Notes under the pieces: model-generated
Databases searched by the model: none
Told to the model about the DNA's origin: nothing
Seen by the model: the letters and a program-made list of their open reading frames with translations, nothing else
In this document: piece after piece, positions 41,628 through 51,778 of the stretch
Layout: each line of letters starts with the position of its first letter
Numbering within the stretch: the stretch's first letter is position 1
Position numbers and translations under genes: made by a program
Assembly (NCBI GenBank): GCA_012735215.1
Contig: JAAYHX010000005.1
Location: 2,017 to 66,016 of the forward strand
From: Tissierellia bacterium
GTDB taxonomy: Bacteria > Bacillota > Clostridia > Tissierellales > Tepidimicrobiaceae
Direction: 5' to 3'
DNA length: 64,000 nt

Positions 41628-42560
41628 TTAACGTCCCTCCTTAGTAAGTCTAATTCTTGGGTCAATTAACATATAAGCTATATCAACTAATAACATCATA
41701 GTAATCAATACCATAGCATAGAATACAGTTACTCCCATTATAAGAGTGTAATCCCTATTAAATACGGATGTAGTAAAGAACATTCCAAGTCCAGGTATTC
41801 CAAAAATCTTTTCAATAACAAAACTACCAGCTACAAGATTTGAAATAGTAGTACCCAACATGGATACAATTGGCAAAATTGCATTCCTAACAGCATGTTT
41901 CATGATAACTGCTGTTCTTGTAATTCCTTTGGACTTTGCTGTCTTAATATAATCTTGGTTGAGAACTTCCAGCATGCTAGAACGCATAAGTCTTGCAAAT
42001 TGCGCTAAGGGCATCATGGCTAAGGCAAAGGATGGCAATATAGTATGCCTAAATTCTCCCCAACCTCCAATAGGAAGCCAGTCAACATTTCTAGCAACAA
42101 ACTGTATTAAAAATGATCCCATAACAAAGCTAGGTACCGACACACCAATGATCGAAATAATCATGGAAATATAATCGGGGGTTTTATTCTGATATAAGGC
42201 TGCTATGGCACCTAAAGCTGGACCAAGTATTAAGGCAATTAGAATGGCCTGTACACCAAGATGGGCTGAAACAGGAAAGCCTCTAGCAATCATCTCATTT
42301 ACAGTTTCCGTATTAGACTTCATTGATTCTCCGAAGTCAAATCTTGCAATATTTTTTAAATACATCATATATTGCTCACTTTTAGGCTTATCTAACCCGT
42401 ACTTTTTCATTAAGTTCTCCATTATGTTTTCAGGTATCTTCCTGCTTTCAGTAGCAAAAGGGTTACCTGGAACAGAATGCATTAGAAAGAAAGTAATAGT
42501 AATTATTGCCCAAATAGTTACTATAGCCATTGTAAATCTTTTCAAAATATATTTAGTCAT
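41628..42560 (-). CDS. oppB: oligopeptide ABC transporter permease
   Basis: 310 aa. MTKYILKRF-type OppB/DppB N-terminus and EAA loop. Confidence 0.88.
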   Translation of the reverse strand: MTKYILKRFTMAIVTIWAIITITFFLMHSVPGNPFATESRKIPENIMENLMKKYGLDKPKSEQYMMYLKNIARFDFGESMKSNTETVNEMIARGFPVSAHLGVQAILIALILGPALGAIAALYQNKTPDYISMIISIIGVSVPSFVMGSFLIQFVARNVDWLPIGGWGEFRHTILPSFALAMMPLAQFARLMRSSMLEVLNQDYIKTAKSKGITRTAVIMKHAVRNAILPIVSMLGTTISNLVAGSFVIEKIFGIPGLGMFFTTSVFNRDYTLIMGVTVFYAMVLITMMLLVDIAYMLIDPRIRLTKEGR

Positions 42561-42656
42561 GTTTTATCAATCACCCTTTCCAAAAATGTTATAGAAAATC
42601 AAGTGGCATTTATGCCACCTGATTTTCTATAAAACCATTCACTTCTAGATAACTTA

Positions 42657-44297
42657 TTAATCAGTTATATCAGCATAAGTGATTATTGGGTATCTTACTG
42701 GAACCTTGATTATACCAGTTACATTTGGCTTCACAGTATATGGTTGAGTGTAGAAGTATACTGGAAGAACTGGCATATCTTCCATTAACATCTTTTCTGC
42801 TTGTCTCATAGCTTCCATACGTTCAGCTTGGTCAGTGGTTGTTTTTGCTTTTTGAATCAAAGCATCATATTCTGGATTGTTGTATTTTACGTCATTAAAT
42901 GCACTGTCTGACCACCATAGATCTAAGAATGTCATAGGATCCATATAGTCTCCTATCCAACCAGCTCTTGAGATTTGATAATCTCCTGATTGCTCTCTAT
43001 CAAGTTTAACTTGGAACTCAACGTTTTCAAGTCCTATTTCAATTCCTAAAGTAGTTCTCCACATTTCTTGAACAGCTTGAGCTATCTTCTTGTGGGACTC
43101 AGAAGTATTGTAAAGAAGTACGAATCCAGCATTGTTGAAATCTTGAACTGTCATGCCTTCTTCTTTCAAACCTTCTTCAAATAGCTTCTTAGCCTCATCT
43201 GGATTGTATTCAGTTAAGCTGCCAACAGTTTCTCTAAAGTCCTTACCACTTTCATCTTTTAATCCTGGAGGAACTACACCGTATGCAGGAATTTGTCCAC
43301 CTTGAGTGATGTTTTTAGTTATAGTTTCACGGTCCATTGCCATTGATAGAGCTTTTCTTACCTTAGCATTGTTAAATGGCTTAACCGCAGGGTTAACATT
43401 GTAGTAGTAAGTACCAACTTGTAATCCTATATTTAACTCAGGATTATTATTAGCTTGAAGTTCTGCAACAACTGAAGTTGGAACGTCAACGTTGATATGA
43501 TATTCTCCACCTTCATATTTTTGCCATGCAGTATTTTGGTCTTCAATGATATCAAGCTCAATACCATCTAATTTAATCTTGTCTGCATTATAGTAATTTT
43601 CATTCTTTTCTAATACTATTTGGTCATTGTGTTTCCATTCAACTAGTTTGAATGGTCCATTTGAAACGTAAGTTGATGGATCTTTTGCCCAATCTGGATT
43701 GGACTCAGCAACATTCTTGTTTACAGGGAAGTAAGTATAGAATGCAGTTAATTCTAGGAAGTAAGCTGTAGGTGATTCAAGAGTCACTTCTAGAGTCTTA
43801 TCATCTAGAGCCTTAATTGCTACATCATCAGCGGAACCATTACCTGTGTTATATGCTTCTGCTCCCTTTATATAATAAAGGATTGACGCATAGTTTGCAG
43901 CTGTTTCAGGAGCTAATGCTCTCTTCCATGAATATTCAAAGTCATGAGCAGTAACAGGATCTCCATTGGTCCATTTTGCATCGCGTAGATAGAATGTGTA
44001 AGTTAAACCGTCTTCTGATACCTCATATTTTTCAGCCATACCTTCGACTAATTCGCCTTTTTCATCGAAAGTCATAAGGCCTTCAAATACGTTCTCTAGT
44101 ATCCATGACTCATGAGTTCCTTGTGCTAATGGAGGATCTAATGAACCAGGTTCACTACTATTGTTTGTCTTAAGTATTTTCTTAGTTTCAGCATCATCTG
44201 TTTCATCTCCTGTTTCATCAGCTGGTGATGAACATCCAGTTACTAGCATTACAAGCACTAGAAAGATGCTCATCATTGCTATAAACTTTCTTCGCAT
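42657..44297 (-). CDS. oppA: oligopeptide-binding lipoprotein
   Basis: 546 aa. Lipobox LVTGC. SBP family 5. Confidence 0.9.
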   Translation of the reverse strand: MRRKFIAMMSIFLVLVMLVTGCSSPADETGDETDDAETKKILKTNNSSEPGSLDPPLAQGTHESWILENVFEGLMTFDEKGELVEGMAEKYEVSEDGLTYTFYLRDAKWTNGDPVTAHDFEYSWKRALAPETAANYASILYYIKGAEAYNTGNGSADDVAIKALDDKTLEVTLESPTAYFLELTAFYTYFPVNKNVAESNPDWAKDPSTYVSNGPFKLVEWKHNDQIVLEKNENYYNADKIKLDGIELDIIEDQNTAWQKYEGGEYHINVDVPTSVVAELQANNNPELNIGLQVGTYYYNVNPAVKPFNNAKVRKALSMAMDRETITKNITQGGQIPAYGVVPPGLKDESGKDFRETVGSLTEYNPDEAKKLFEEGLKEEGMTVQDFNNAGFVLLYNTSESHKKIAQAVQEMWRTTLGIEIGLENVEFQVKLDREQSGDYQISRAGWIGDYMDPMTFLDLWWSDSAFNDVKYNNPEYDALIQKAKTTTDQAERMEAMRQAEKMLMEDMPVLPVYFYTQPYTVKPNVTGIIKVPVRYPIITYADITD

Positions 44298-44757
44298 TTG
44301 AAATTACCCCCTTATTTTTTATTTATAATTTATATTATTTTATAAAGTTTACTACATTTGAAATAAAATTGCAAGATTAATCTATTGTGGAATAATTGCT
44401 AATAGTGGAACTATTGAAAAATTAAGCTTAAAAATCGAATATTTTAGTATAAAACGCTAGACAAGTCTTATTTCTTTCGAGTATTATATTCTTCTGTATT
44501 TATTGTTAATTATAAATCAAATCATGAATGAATTGCAATATGTTTATTAAAATATCAGAATTATTTAAAAAACAGTTTTTCCAGTATTTATTATTTTCAT
44601 TTTCGTTATTTAATAAATTTTAGTCACTGTTTTATAGTTAAATTAGATATTCAATCCACCTTTGCATAAAATTACATAGTTTATCTTTCTACTTTTTACA
44701 CATAATAGTACTACAATTTAAAAATAAAAATTATTTCTATTGAAAGGAGGAAGTAAT

Positions 44758-44979
44758 TTGGCAAGAAACAATAATTCAAACAAAATCTTAGTACCTGAAG
44801 CTCGCCAAGCTTTAGATCAAATGAAACTAGAAATAGCTTCTGAACTTGGAATCTCAAATTACAATAGTATAGATAAAGGAAATCTACCATCTAGACAAAA
44901 TGGATATGTTGGTGGATATATGACAAAGAGACTAGTAGAAATGGCACAACAAAATATGGGTGGTAAAACAACTAGCTAA
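44758..44979 (+). CDS. alpha/beta-type small acid-soluble spore protein
   Basis: ARNNNSNKILVPEARQALDQMKLEIASELGI...GGYMTKRLVEMAQ is the canonical alpha/beta SASP pattern. Probable TTG start at 44758, 7 nt after AAGGAGGA; the track start at 44740 lies inside the RBS. Confidence 0.9.
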   Translation: MARNNNSNKILVPEARQALDQMKLEIASELGISNYNSIDKGNLPSRQNGYVGGYMTKRLVEMAQQNMGGKTTS

Positions 44980-44985
44980 CTACTT

Positions 44986-45016
44986 CAAAAAAGCAGGTTC
45001 CATACCTGCTTTTTTT
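44986..45016. terminator. bidirectional terminator between the SASP gene and the L,D-transpeptidase gene
   Basis: Stem AGCAGGT/ACCTGCT flanked by A6 and T6. Confidence 0.8.
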
Positions 45017-45746
45017 AGTCCATAAGAATTATACCTAGTTCTTCATATATGCTATCAGTTATGGTATCTGTTAAAGGTATATTATTTGCCTTTAAGAATT
45101 CAATTAAGGACCTTTTCATTCCTTCACCATATATACCATCTATGTCACCATCATAGTACCCCTTTATTTTCAATCTTTTCTGTACTTCTGCCACATCAGC
45201 CCCTCTATCCCCAGGTCTTAAACTTCTCAATCCATAACCAAAGGGCCCATAATTTAGGTCGTTAACTATATGTACTATTGTATTATAATCTACCAAATCA
45301 TAGAGCTCCTCTACATCCTTGTTTCTCATTCTAATACATCCTGCTGAGGCGTTAAATCCTATACTTCCTGGCTTATTGGTACCGTGAATACCATACTTAC
45401 CCCAAGGAACATCCAGACCCAACCATCTAGACCCAAACCCACCGCCCCACCTTGCTTTTTCTATTATCCTAAAAGTCCCTAGAGGAGTTGGACTATTTGC
45501 TTTCCCTGTAGCCACCCCATAAATTTTAACCACCTCACCCCTTTTGCAATCAACCAGAGACAATCTCTTCTTATCCACCTCTATTAAAATAGCTAAGTTA
45601 TTACTCTCTATATATCCGCCTGTTTTTTGGTAGTTTATGTTTCTTTTCATAAAAAACATATGGATATAATTACCCAGTACTACGACTATTAGCACTAATA
45701 TAAACAAGAAGAAAATAAGCTTAAACCTTGTATTCAACAGCACCAC
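45015..45746 (-). CDS. L,D-transpeptidase (YkuD) with C-terminal peptidoglycan-binding domain
   Basis: N-terminal TM helix. Catalytic HGT...SAGCIRM motif. PG_binding_1 repeat (GDRGADVAEVQKRLK..GYY). Start is uncertain (GTG 45746 or TTG 45737). Confidence 0.85.
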   Translation of the reverse strand: MVLLNTRFKLIFFLFILVLIVVVLGNYIHMFFMKRNINYQKTGGYIESNNLAILIEVDKKRLSLVDCKRGEVVKIYGVATGKANSPTPLGTFRIIEKARWGGGFGSRWLGLDVPWGKYGIHGTNKPGSIGFNASAGCIRMRNKDVEELYDLVDYNTIVHIVNDLNYGPFGYGLRSLRPGDRGADVAEVQKRLKIKGYYDGDIDGIYGEGMKRSLIEFLKANNIPLTDTITDSIYEELGIILMD

Positions 45747-45939
45747 TCCCTATTGACCATATTTATTGATGTGATAAATGTGTTTGTGGTATGACTGAAC
45801 CGGCCTTATATATTTATATATATTTCTTTCTTTGCCATATTATTAATCAAGCGTCATACAATACCTACTCTATTTTAAGTAAGTAATATATGACGCTTGT
45901 TAATTTAAAAGTATGAAATTATTAAATAAAGGGAGTGAT

Positions 45940-46242
45940 CTATTCTTCAGGATTATACGGTTGGTATACTTCATAAATGCAAAAATTCTTCTTACATAAC
46001 ATCTTTAAAACACTTGGTATTTGTTGTATAGTTATGTTTAATTCAATACCGTTATACTTTAATACAATATCGTTGATATCAACAATATCACAATCATGTA
46101 ATAGGTTAATTAGTCTGTTGCTTACCTCGGCACTCTTTATATCTCCTATATTGAAAAAAACCCTGCGTTTTTTATTGGAATTCTCCAGTGAATCTAGCTG
46201 ACTTATTAATAGCGTACCTTTCATATGCAATCGCCTCACCAT
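45940..46242 (-). CDS. hypothetical protein (94-100 aa), no recognised family
   Basis: The second ATG (46224) follows a GTGAGG RBS. No motif recognised. Confidence 0.4.
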   Translation of the reverse strand: MVRRLHMKGTLLISQLDSLENSNKKRRVFFNIGDIKSAEVSNRLINLLHDCDIVDINDIVLKYNGIELNITIQQIPSVLKMLCKKNFCIYEVYQPYNPEE

Positions 46243-46552
46243 ATTTTAATAGTATTTTTACCCCATCCCATAAAAATACTGTAGAATGAATATAGAATTG
46301 ATATTCATAGTAAACAATACCACATATAATCAAAATATATATGGAATTGTATTCTCTATCACTTATAGCTCACTCCCCTTATTTCGAACAAAAACCCTCT
46401 CCTATTAGTACACTTATATCTTTAATACCCAATTTACAAAAAATAATCATTCTTTATATCAGTTTTTTAAATGGATTGTCCTGGAAGCACCTATACATAA
46501 AAGCCTATATATATTAAAATATATTAAAGAATAGTTTAACATGGAGGATAAG

Positions 46553-47233
46553 ATGGAAAAATATATAGATAAATTAGCCAAATGTATACTATTCAAAGGT
46601 GTAGAAAAAGAGGATATTATAAATAATTTAAGCAAGATACCATATAAAATTGAAACCTATAAGAAGGATCAGGTAATTGCTATCGAAGGGGACGATTGTA
46701 ATAGCCTTGGAATAATTCTCAATGGGAGGATTGAAATTCAAAAGATATTCCCTTCAGGGCAAGTAACTACTATTAATAGCTTTAAGGAAGGAAATATATT
46801 TGGTGAATCCCTTGTTTTTTCCGATAGGCATACTTACCCAGCTACAATATCAGCCATGGAAAAGTCTGAAATAATGTTTATAAAAAAGGAGGATATAGTT
46901 AAGCTCTGCATGCTCAATTCTCAAATACTGACTAATTTTGTCACTGTCCTATCCAGGAGAATATTGATGCTAAACGAGAGAATATCAAACTTATCCCAAG
47001 ACACTATTAGAAAAAAAATAGCCAGCTATTTGCTCTTAGAATATAAAAAACAAAAAAGTTTAACTATTATTCTACCCTATACAAGAAAAAAGATGGCAGA
47101 GCTCTTAAATGTGCCAAGACCTTCCCTGTCTAGGGAATTGATTAAAATGAAGGAAGAAAATATAATAGACTTTAATAAAAATGAAATAAATATTTTAGAT
47201 ATTGACATATTGGAGGAAATAATGCTAGATTAA
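46553..47233 (+). CDS. Crp/Fnr-family transcriptional regulator
   Basis: cNMP-binding beta-roll followed by a C-terminal HTH (RKKMAELLNVPRPSLSRELIKM). No N-terminal Fnr Cys cluster. ATG 46553 follows a GGAGGA RBS. Confidence 0.85.
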   Translation: MEKYIDKLAKCILFKGVEKEDIINNLSKIPYKIETYKKDQVIAIEGDDCNSLGIILNGRIEIQKIFPSGQVTTINSFKEGNIFGESLVFSDRHTYPATISAMEKSEIMFIKKEDIVKLCMLNSQILTNFVTVLSRRILMLNERISNLSQDTIRKKIASYLLLEYKKQKSLTIILPYTRKKMAELLNVPRPSLSRELIKMKEENIIDFNKNEINILDIDILEEIMLD

Positions 47234-47280
47234 CCTTAATTAATATAATTAACAACAAATTATAGCAAATAATTATGTGA

Positions 47281-47309
47281 TTGATTTTTACATTTGTCCA
47301 AAATATAAT
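47281..47309 (+). promoter_or_regulatory. candidate sigma-A promoter of the ABC exporter leader
   Basis: TTGATT, a 17-nt spacer, then TATAAT, starting 48 nt after the crp-like stop codon. Confidence 0.45.
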
Positions 47310-47336
47310 AAAATTAGCTGAAATTTTCGAACTCAC

Positions 47337-47379
47337 AAACCATAGGATGACGGATTTTCCCTGAGCCTATGGTTTTTTT
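47337..47379 (+). terminator. terminator/attenuator hairpin 20 nt upstream of the ABC exporter start codon
   Basis: 10-bp stem AAACCATAGG/CCTATGGTTT with a 19-nt loop, then a T-run. Only the RBS AATGGAGGTG lies between it and ATG 47400. Confidence 0.7.
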
Positions 47380-47399
47380 GTACTAAATGGAGGTGCAAG

Positions 47400-49181
47400 A
47401 TGAAAGAAGTAAAAACCCTGCTTAAGTTTATGAAAGGTAATATAATTGCGTATCTGATTGGAATGATATTTGTGATTATAGCTCAGTTTTTTGCCATACT
47501 AGCTCCTCTTGTTATACGAACTACCATTGATTCAATTATAGGAGATGAATTGATAACTTCACAAATAGTAGTAAAGGCAGTGGAAGTTTTTGGGGGAAAA
47601 TACTTTTTGAGGGAAAACCTGTGGATAATAGGAATCCTAATAATAGCTGTAGCAGTCCTAAGAGGAATTTTTATGTTTCTTAAAAGCTTCCTATCTAGTA
47701 AATCTGCTGAAAACACTATTAAAGCCCTTAGAGATGCTTTATACGATCACATTCAAAAACTGCCTTATGGATTCCATGTTAAAGCTGATACAGGAGATCT
47801 GGTGCAAAGATGTACCTCAGACATCGAGACCATCAGACGCTTTCTTGGCATCCAACTTGTGGAAGTATCAGGCTCCCTTTTCATGATATCCTTTGTTTTA
47901 TATGTAATGTTAAAACTAAATACTAAATTAGCCCTTGTTTCCGTGATCACTCTTCCCATACTTTTCACATTTGCATACCTATTCTTCACCAAGGTTAAAA
48001 AGATATATCAAGAAGTGGATGAAGCCGAAGCAGCCATATCTACAGTACTTCAGGAAAATCTAACGGGAGTAAGGGTAGTTAAAGCCTTTGCTAGACAAAA
48101 ATATGAACTTGTTAAATTTGATGAAAAAAATAGGGATTATACAGATAAAGCCTATAATCTGATGAAAATCCTTGCCATATATTGGGGTTGTTCTGACTTT
48201 ATCTGCTACATGCAAATAGGCTTGTTATTGCTATTTGGAAGTATTTTAGCTCTTAAAGGCCAAATATCTTTAGGCATATTTATAGCCTTTACAACTTATA
48301 TAAACATGTTAATCTGGCCTACAAGACAGTTAGGAAGAATTCTTACAGATATGGGAAAAGCTATAGTAAGCATTAGGCGTATTAACCAGATTTTAGATGA
48401 ACCTATAGAAATCCTTGAAGAAAATCACCTAAAACCAGTAATAAAAGGAAGCATATCCTTTGAGCATGTGTATTTTGAATATGAAGAAAACAAACCCGTA
48501 TTAGAAGATATAACCTTCACAGTAAAGCCTGGAGAGACGGTTGCCATAATTGGTCCTACTGGTTCTGGTAAGAGCTCTTTAATCCATCTATTGGCGAGAT
48601 TATATGAATATACTAAAGGCTCTATTAAGATTGATGGAATTGAGCTAAAATGTATTGATAAAGCTTGGATTAGGAAGAATGTTGGTATAGTTCAACAGGA
48701 GCCTTTCCTATTTGCTAAAACCATCAGGGAAAATATTAAACTAGCTAACCCAACTATTGATGATGTAAGGATGTATGAAGCTGCTAAAATTGCTAATATA
48801 GACAAGGATATTCTCTACTTTGATAAAGGCTATGACACGCTTATAGGTGAACGGGGTGTATCCCTTTCAGGAGGACAAAAGCAGAGAATGACTATAGCAA
48901 GAATCATTATTAACCAATGTCCTATAGTCGTATTTGATGATTCCTTATCTGCAGTGGACACTGAAACAGACCTTTCCATAAGAAGGGAATTAAAAAATAG
49001 AAAGAATAAATCTACAACAATTATCATATCCCATAGAATATCCACCGTATCCGAAGCAGATCTGATTATAGTACTGGATAATGGGAAAATAGTTCAAAGG
49101 GGAAATCATAAATCCCTATTAAAGGAAGAAGGTTTGTACAAGCGAATTTATCAAATACAAAACCCAATTGACCACATATAA
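47400..49181 (+). CDS. ABC exporter, fused permease/ATPase (heterodimer half 1)
   Basis: 593 aa. Six-TM ABC_membrane domain, Walker A GPTGSGKSS, signature LSGGQKQR. Confidence 0.9.
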   Translation: MKEVKTLLKFMKGNIIAYLIGMIFVIIAQFFAILAPLVIRTTIDSIIGDELITSQIVVKAVEVFGGKYFLRENLWIIGILIIAVAVLRGIFMFLKSFLSSKSAENTIKALRDALYDHIQKLPYGFHVKADTGDLVQRCTSDIETIRRFLGIQLVEVSGSLFMISFVLYVMLKLNTKLALVSVITLPILFTFAYLFFTKVKKIYQEVDEAEAAISTVLQENLTGVRVVKAFARQKYELVKFDEKNRDYTDKAYNLMKILAIYWGCSDFICYMQIGLLLLFGSILALKGQISLGIFIAFTTYINMLIWPTRQLGRILTDMGKAIVSIRRINQILDEPIEILEENHLKPVIKGSISFEHVYFEYEENKPVLEDITFTVKPGETVAIIGPTGSGKSSLIHLLARLYEYTKGSIKIDGIELKCIDKAWIRKNVGIVQQEPFLFAKTIRENIKLANPTIDDVRMYEAAKIANIDKDILYFDKGYDTLIGERGVSLSGGQKQRMTIARIIINQCPIVVFDDSLSAVDTETDLSIRRELKNRKNKSTTIIISHRISTVSEADLIIVLDNGKIVQRGNHKSLLKEEGLYKRIYQIQNPIDHI

Positions 49182-49205
49182 AGCATGCTAGCTGAGGTGA
49201 TATGT

Positions 49206-51026
49206 ATGGATGATTATAGATCCAATATTAATGTGTGGAAGGAATATTTTAATTTAATAATATCTCAGAAAAAATTATTTATAACTCTCTTTATATTAAA
49301 TATTGTAATAGGGATCCTAGATGCAGCTTTCCCATTGTTTACTCGCTATGCTGTAGACAACTTCATTGTAAACAGTTCTTTAAATGGATTAAGGGAATTT
49401 ATGCTTGTATTTATCATAATTGCACTCTTTCAATCCTTTAACATCTATCTATTTGTTGCTTTAAATGGAAAAATGGAAACCATCATATCCTATACAATCA
49501 GAAAAAGAGCCTTTGAAAATTTACAAATTCAGCCCTTATCCTTCTATGATAAAAAGGCAATAGGCTGGCTAATGGCAAGGCTTACTTCAGATATAACCAG
49601 GATTAGTGAAATAATATCTTGGGGTTTTGGAGATTTGGCTTGGGGCTTAGCCATGATGATAGCAGTGGCTGTTTCCATGTTGCTTTTAAACTTGAAACTT
49701 GCCCTTATAACCTTAACTGTAGTTCCTCTTTTAGCTGTGGTAAGCATCTATTTTCAAAGAAAGATTTTGTCTGCCCAAAGGAAAGTGCGAAAGATAAATT
49801 CCCACATTACTGCCCAATACAATGAAGGTATATCAGGGGCTAAAACTACAAAGATACTTAACAGGGAAGAAATAAATCTATTGGAATTTAGCAATCTTAC
49901 CCAAAGCATGAAGGCGGCTTCAGTAAAGGCTACCCTAATCTCTTCTCTTTATATACCTATAGTCATCATCTTAGGAAGTATAGGCACTGCCTTAGTTATG
50001 ACCTATGGTGGAATTAGGGTTGCAACAAATACTATTTCCTATGGAACCATTGTAGCCTTTATATCTTATTCAATGCAATTCTTTGAGCCTATTAGACAAC
50101 TAGCTACCATTATAGCAGAAGTTCAATCTGCAAAAGCTTCAGCTGAAAGGGTTTTTTTCCTAATAGAAGAAGTACCTGATATAGCTGACCAGGAAGAAGC
50201 AGTTGAAAAATATGGAGATTTCTTTAATCCCAAGAAGGAAAACTGGCCTGAAATTAAAGGTAAAGTGGAGTTCAAAAACGTATTCTTTGCCTATGAGGAT
50301 GGAGAATTAATCCTTGAAAACTTCAATTTAACAGTGGAAGCAGGAGAATCAATCGCCTTAGTAGGAGAAACAGGTTCTGGTAAAAGTACCATTGTAAACC
50401 TACTATGTAGATTTTATGAACCAACTAGAGGAGAAATACTGATAGATGGTATAAACTATAAAGACATGCCCCAAGTATGGATTCATGAAAACTTAGGCTA
50501 CGTATTGCAAAGCCCCCACCTATTTAGTGGAACCATTAAGGAGAATATTAAGTACGGAAATCTTGATGCTAGCGATGAAGAAATAATAGAAGCTTGCAAG
50601 CTTGTAAACTGCCATGATTTCATAGTAAAAATGGAAAAGGGCTATGATACAGAAGTGGCTCAAGGAGGAAGTTCCCTATCTACCGGACAAAAACAATTAA
50701 TTTCCCTAGCTAGAGCAATCGTTAGAAATCCAAAGATATTCGTACTAGATGAAGCTACATCCTCTATTGATACTGAAACTGAAAGTATAATCCAAAGTGC
50801 CATAGACAAAGTACTAAAGGGCAGGACCAGCTTTATAATAGCTCATAGACTATCAACAATAAAAAAAGCAGATAGGATTCTGGTGATTAAGGATGGAAAG
50901 ATTATTGAGGAAGGTAAACACAAGGACCTAATCGCAAGAAAAGGATATTATTATAAGCTATATACAAATCAGTATATTGAAGAAAAAAGCAGAGAAGTTT
51001 TAAGCAATATGCCTTCAGAAACTTAA
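49206..51026 (+). CDS. ABC exporter, fused permease/ATPase (heterodimer half 2)
   Basis: Six TM helices plus an NBD (GETGSGKST, LSTGQKQL). ATG 49206 follows a GAGGTG RBS. Confidence 0.9.
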   Translation: MDDYRSNINVWKEYFNLIISQKKLFITLFILNIVIGILDAAFPLFTRYAVDNFIVNSSLNGLREFMLVFIIIALFQSFNIYLFVALNGKMETIISYTIRKRAFENLQIQPLSFYDKKAIGWLMARLTSDITRISEIISWGFGDLAWGLAMMIAVAVSMLLLNLKLALITLTVVPLLAVVSIYFQRKILSAQRKVRKINSHITAQYNEGISGAKTTKILNREEINLLEFSNLTQSMKAASVKATLISSLYIPIVIILGSIGTALVMTYGGIRVATNTISYGTIVAFISYSMQFFEPIRQLATIIAEVQSAKASAERVFFLIEEVPDIADQEEAVEKYGDFFNPKKENWPEIKGKVEFKNVFFAYEDGELILENFNLTVEAGESIALVGETGSGKSTIVNLLCRFYEPTRGEILIDGINYKDMPQVWIHENLGYVLQSPHLFSGTIKENIKYGNLDASDEEIIEACKLVNCHDFIVKMEKGYDTEVAQGGSSLSTGQKQLISLARAIVRNPKIFVLDEATSSIDTETESIIQSAIDKVLKGRTSFIIAHRLSTIKKADRILVIKDGKIIEEGKHKDLIARKGYYYKLYTNQYIEEKSREVLSNMPSET

Positions 51027-51072
51027 AAGCATCCCACCTAGGAGAATCAAAAATCCTCCAGGTGGTGATGTT

Positions 51073-51774
51073 CTACTCCATTAATTCCCTTTCTATCTGA
51101 TTCTTGATATGAGCTTTATCTTCCTTGTTTTTATTGTGGACATAGTAGTTGTCCATGACCATTTTTACATTGGAAGGCTTATCTGACAATATGATAATTC
51201 TATCTGACAACTCAATAGCTTCATCCACATCATGGGTTACCAAAATACAAGTTCTTTTCTCCATGACCTTTAACTTCTTGAAAAACTCCATTACTGTATG
51301 CTTATTATTTATATCCAATGACTTAAAGGGCTCATCCATTAAAAGGATGCTGGAGGGATATATAAAAGCCCTTAATATGCTTATTCTCTGCTTCATGCCT
51401 CCACTAAGGTTACTAGGATAATAGTATTTATAGTCCTGTAGGTTTACAGATTTTAAATAGTCATCTATAGCCCTTTCAATATCCCGTTTATCCATTTTAC
51501 CTTCTAACACAAAGCTTAAATTGTCCCTTACATTTTTCCATGGAATCAATCTATCTTCTTGAAAAACAAAACTTATGCTTTCATCTTTGAAACCAACAAC
51601 ATCCCCAGAGTCCGGATCCAGTATCCCAGCTATTATATTCAACAGGGTACTCTTTCCACACCCAGAAGGTCCTAGAATGCAAGTTGTCTTGTCTTTAGGA
51701 AAATCAATGCTAATATTATCTAACACTTTCAATTCCTCATAACTCTTGCTAATATTCAAAACTCTATATTTCAC
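51073..51774 (-). CDS. ABC importer ATP-binding protein (NitT/TauT family)
   Basis: 233 aa. Walker A GPSGCGKST, signature LSGGMKQR. Confidence 0.88.
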   Translation of the reverse strand: MKYRVLNISKSYEELKVLDNISIDFPKDKTTCILGPSGCGKSTLLNIIAGILDPDSGDVVGFKDESISFVFQEDRLIPWKNVRDNLSFVLEGKMDKRDIERAIDDYLKSVNLQDYKYYYPSNLSGGMKQRISILRAFIYPSSILLMDEPFKSLDINNKHTVMEFFKKLKVMEKRTCILVTHDVDEAIELSDRIIILSDKPSNVKMVMDNYYVHNKNKEDKAHIKNQIERELME

Positions 51775-51778
51775 CTTA

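Noticed and set aside
44551-44566. CodY-box-like AAATATCAGAATTAT about 250 bp upstream of oppA.
   Set aside because: It has four mismatches to AATTTTCWGAAAATT and lies far from the start codon. That is too weak to call.
44660-44710. A possible sigma-G promoter for the SASP gene, based on a CATAATA -10-like element at 44701-44707.
   Set aside because: No acceptable GHATR -35 element lies at 17-18 bp spacing, so a -10 match alone is insufficient.
46286-46308. Palindrome ATGAATAT-N7-ATATTCAT in the divergent spacer upstream of the crp-like gene.
   Set aside because: It is entirely A/T-rich, and my rough estimate puts the chance expectation in a 300-bp spacer at around 0.2. It does not match the TTGAT-N4-ATCAA Crp/Fnr consensus.
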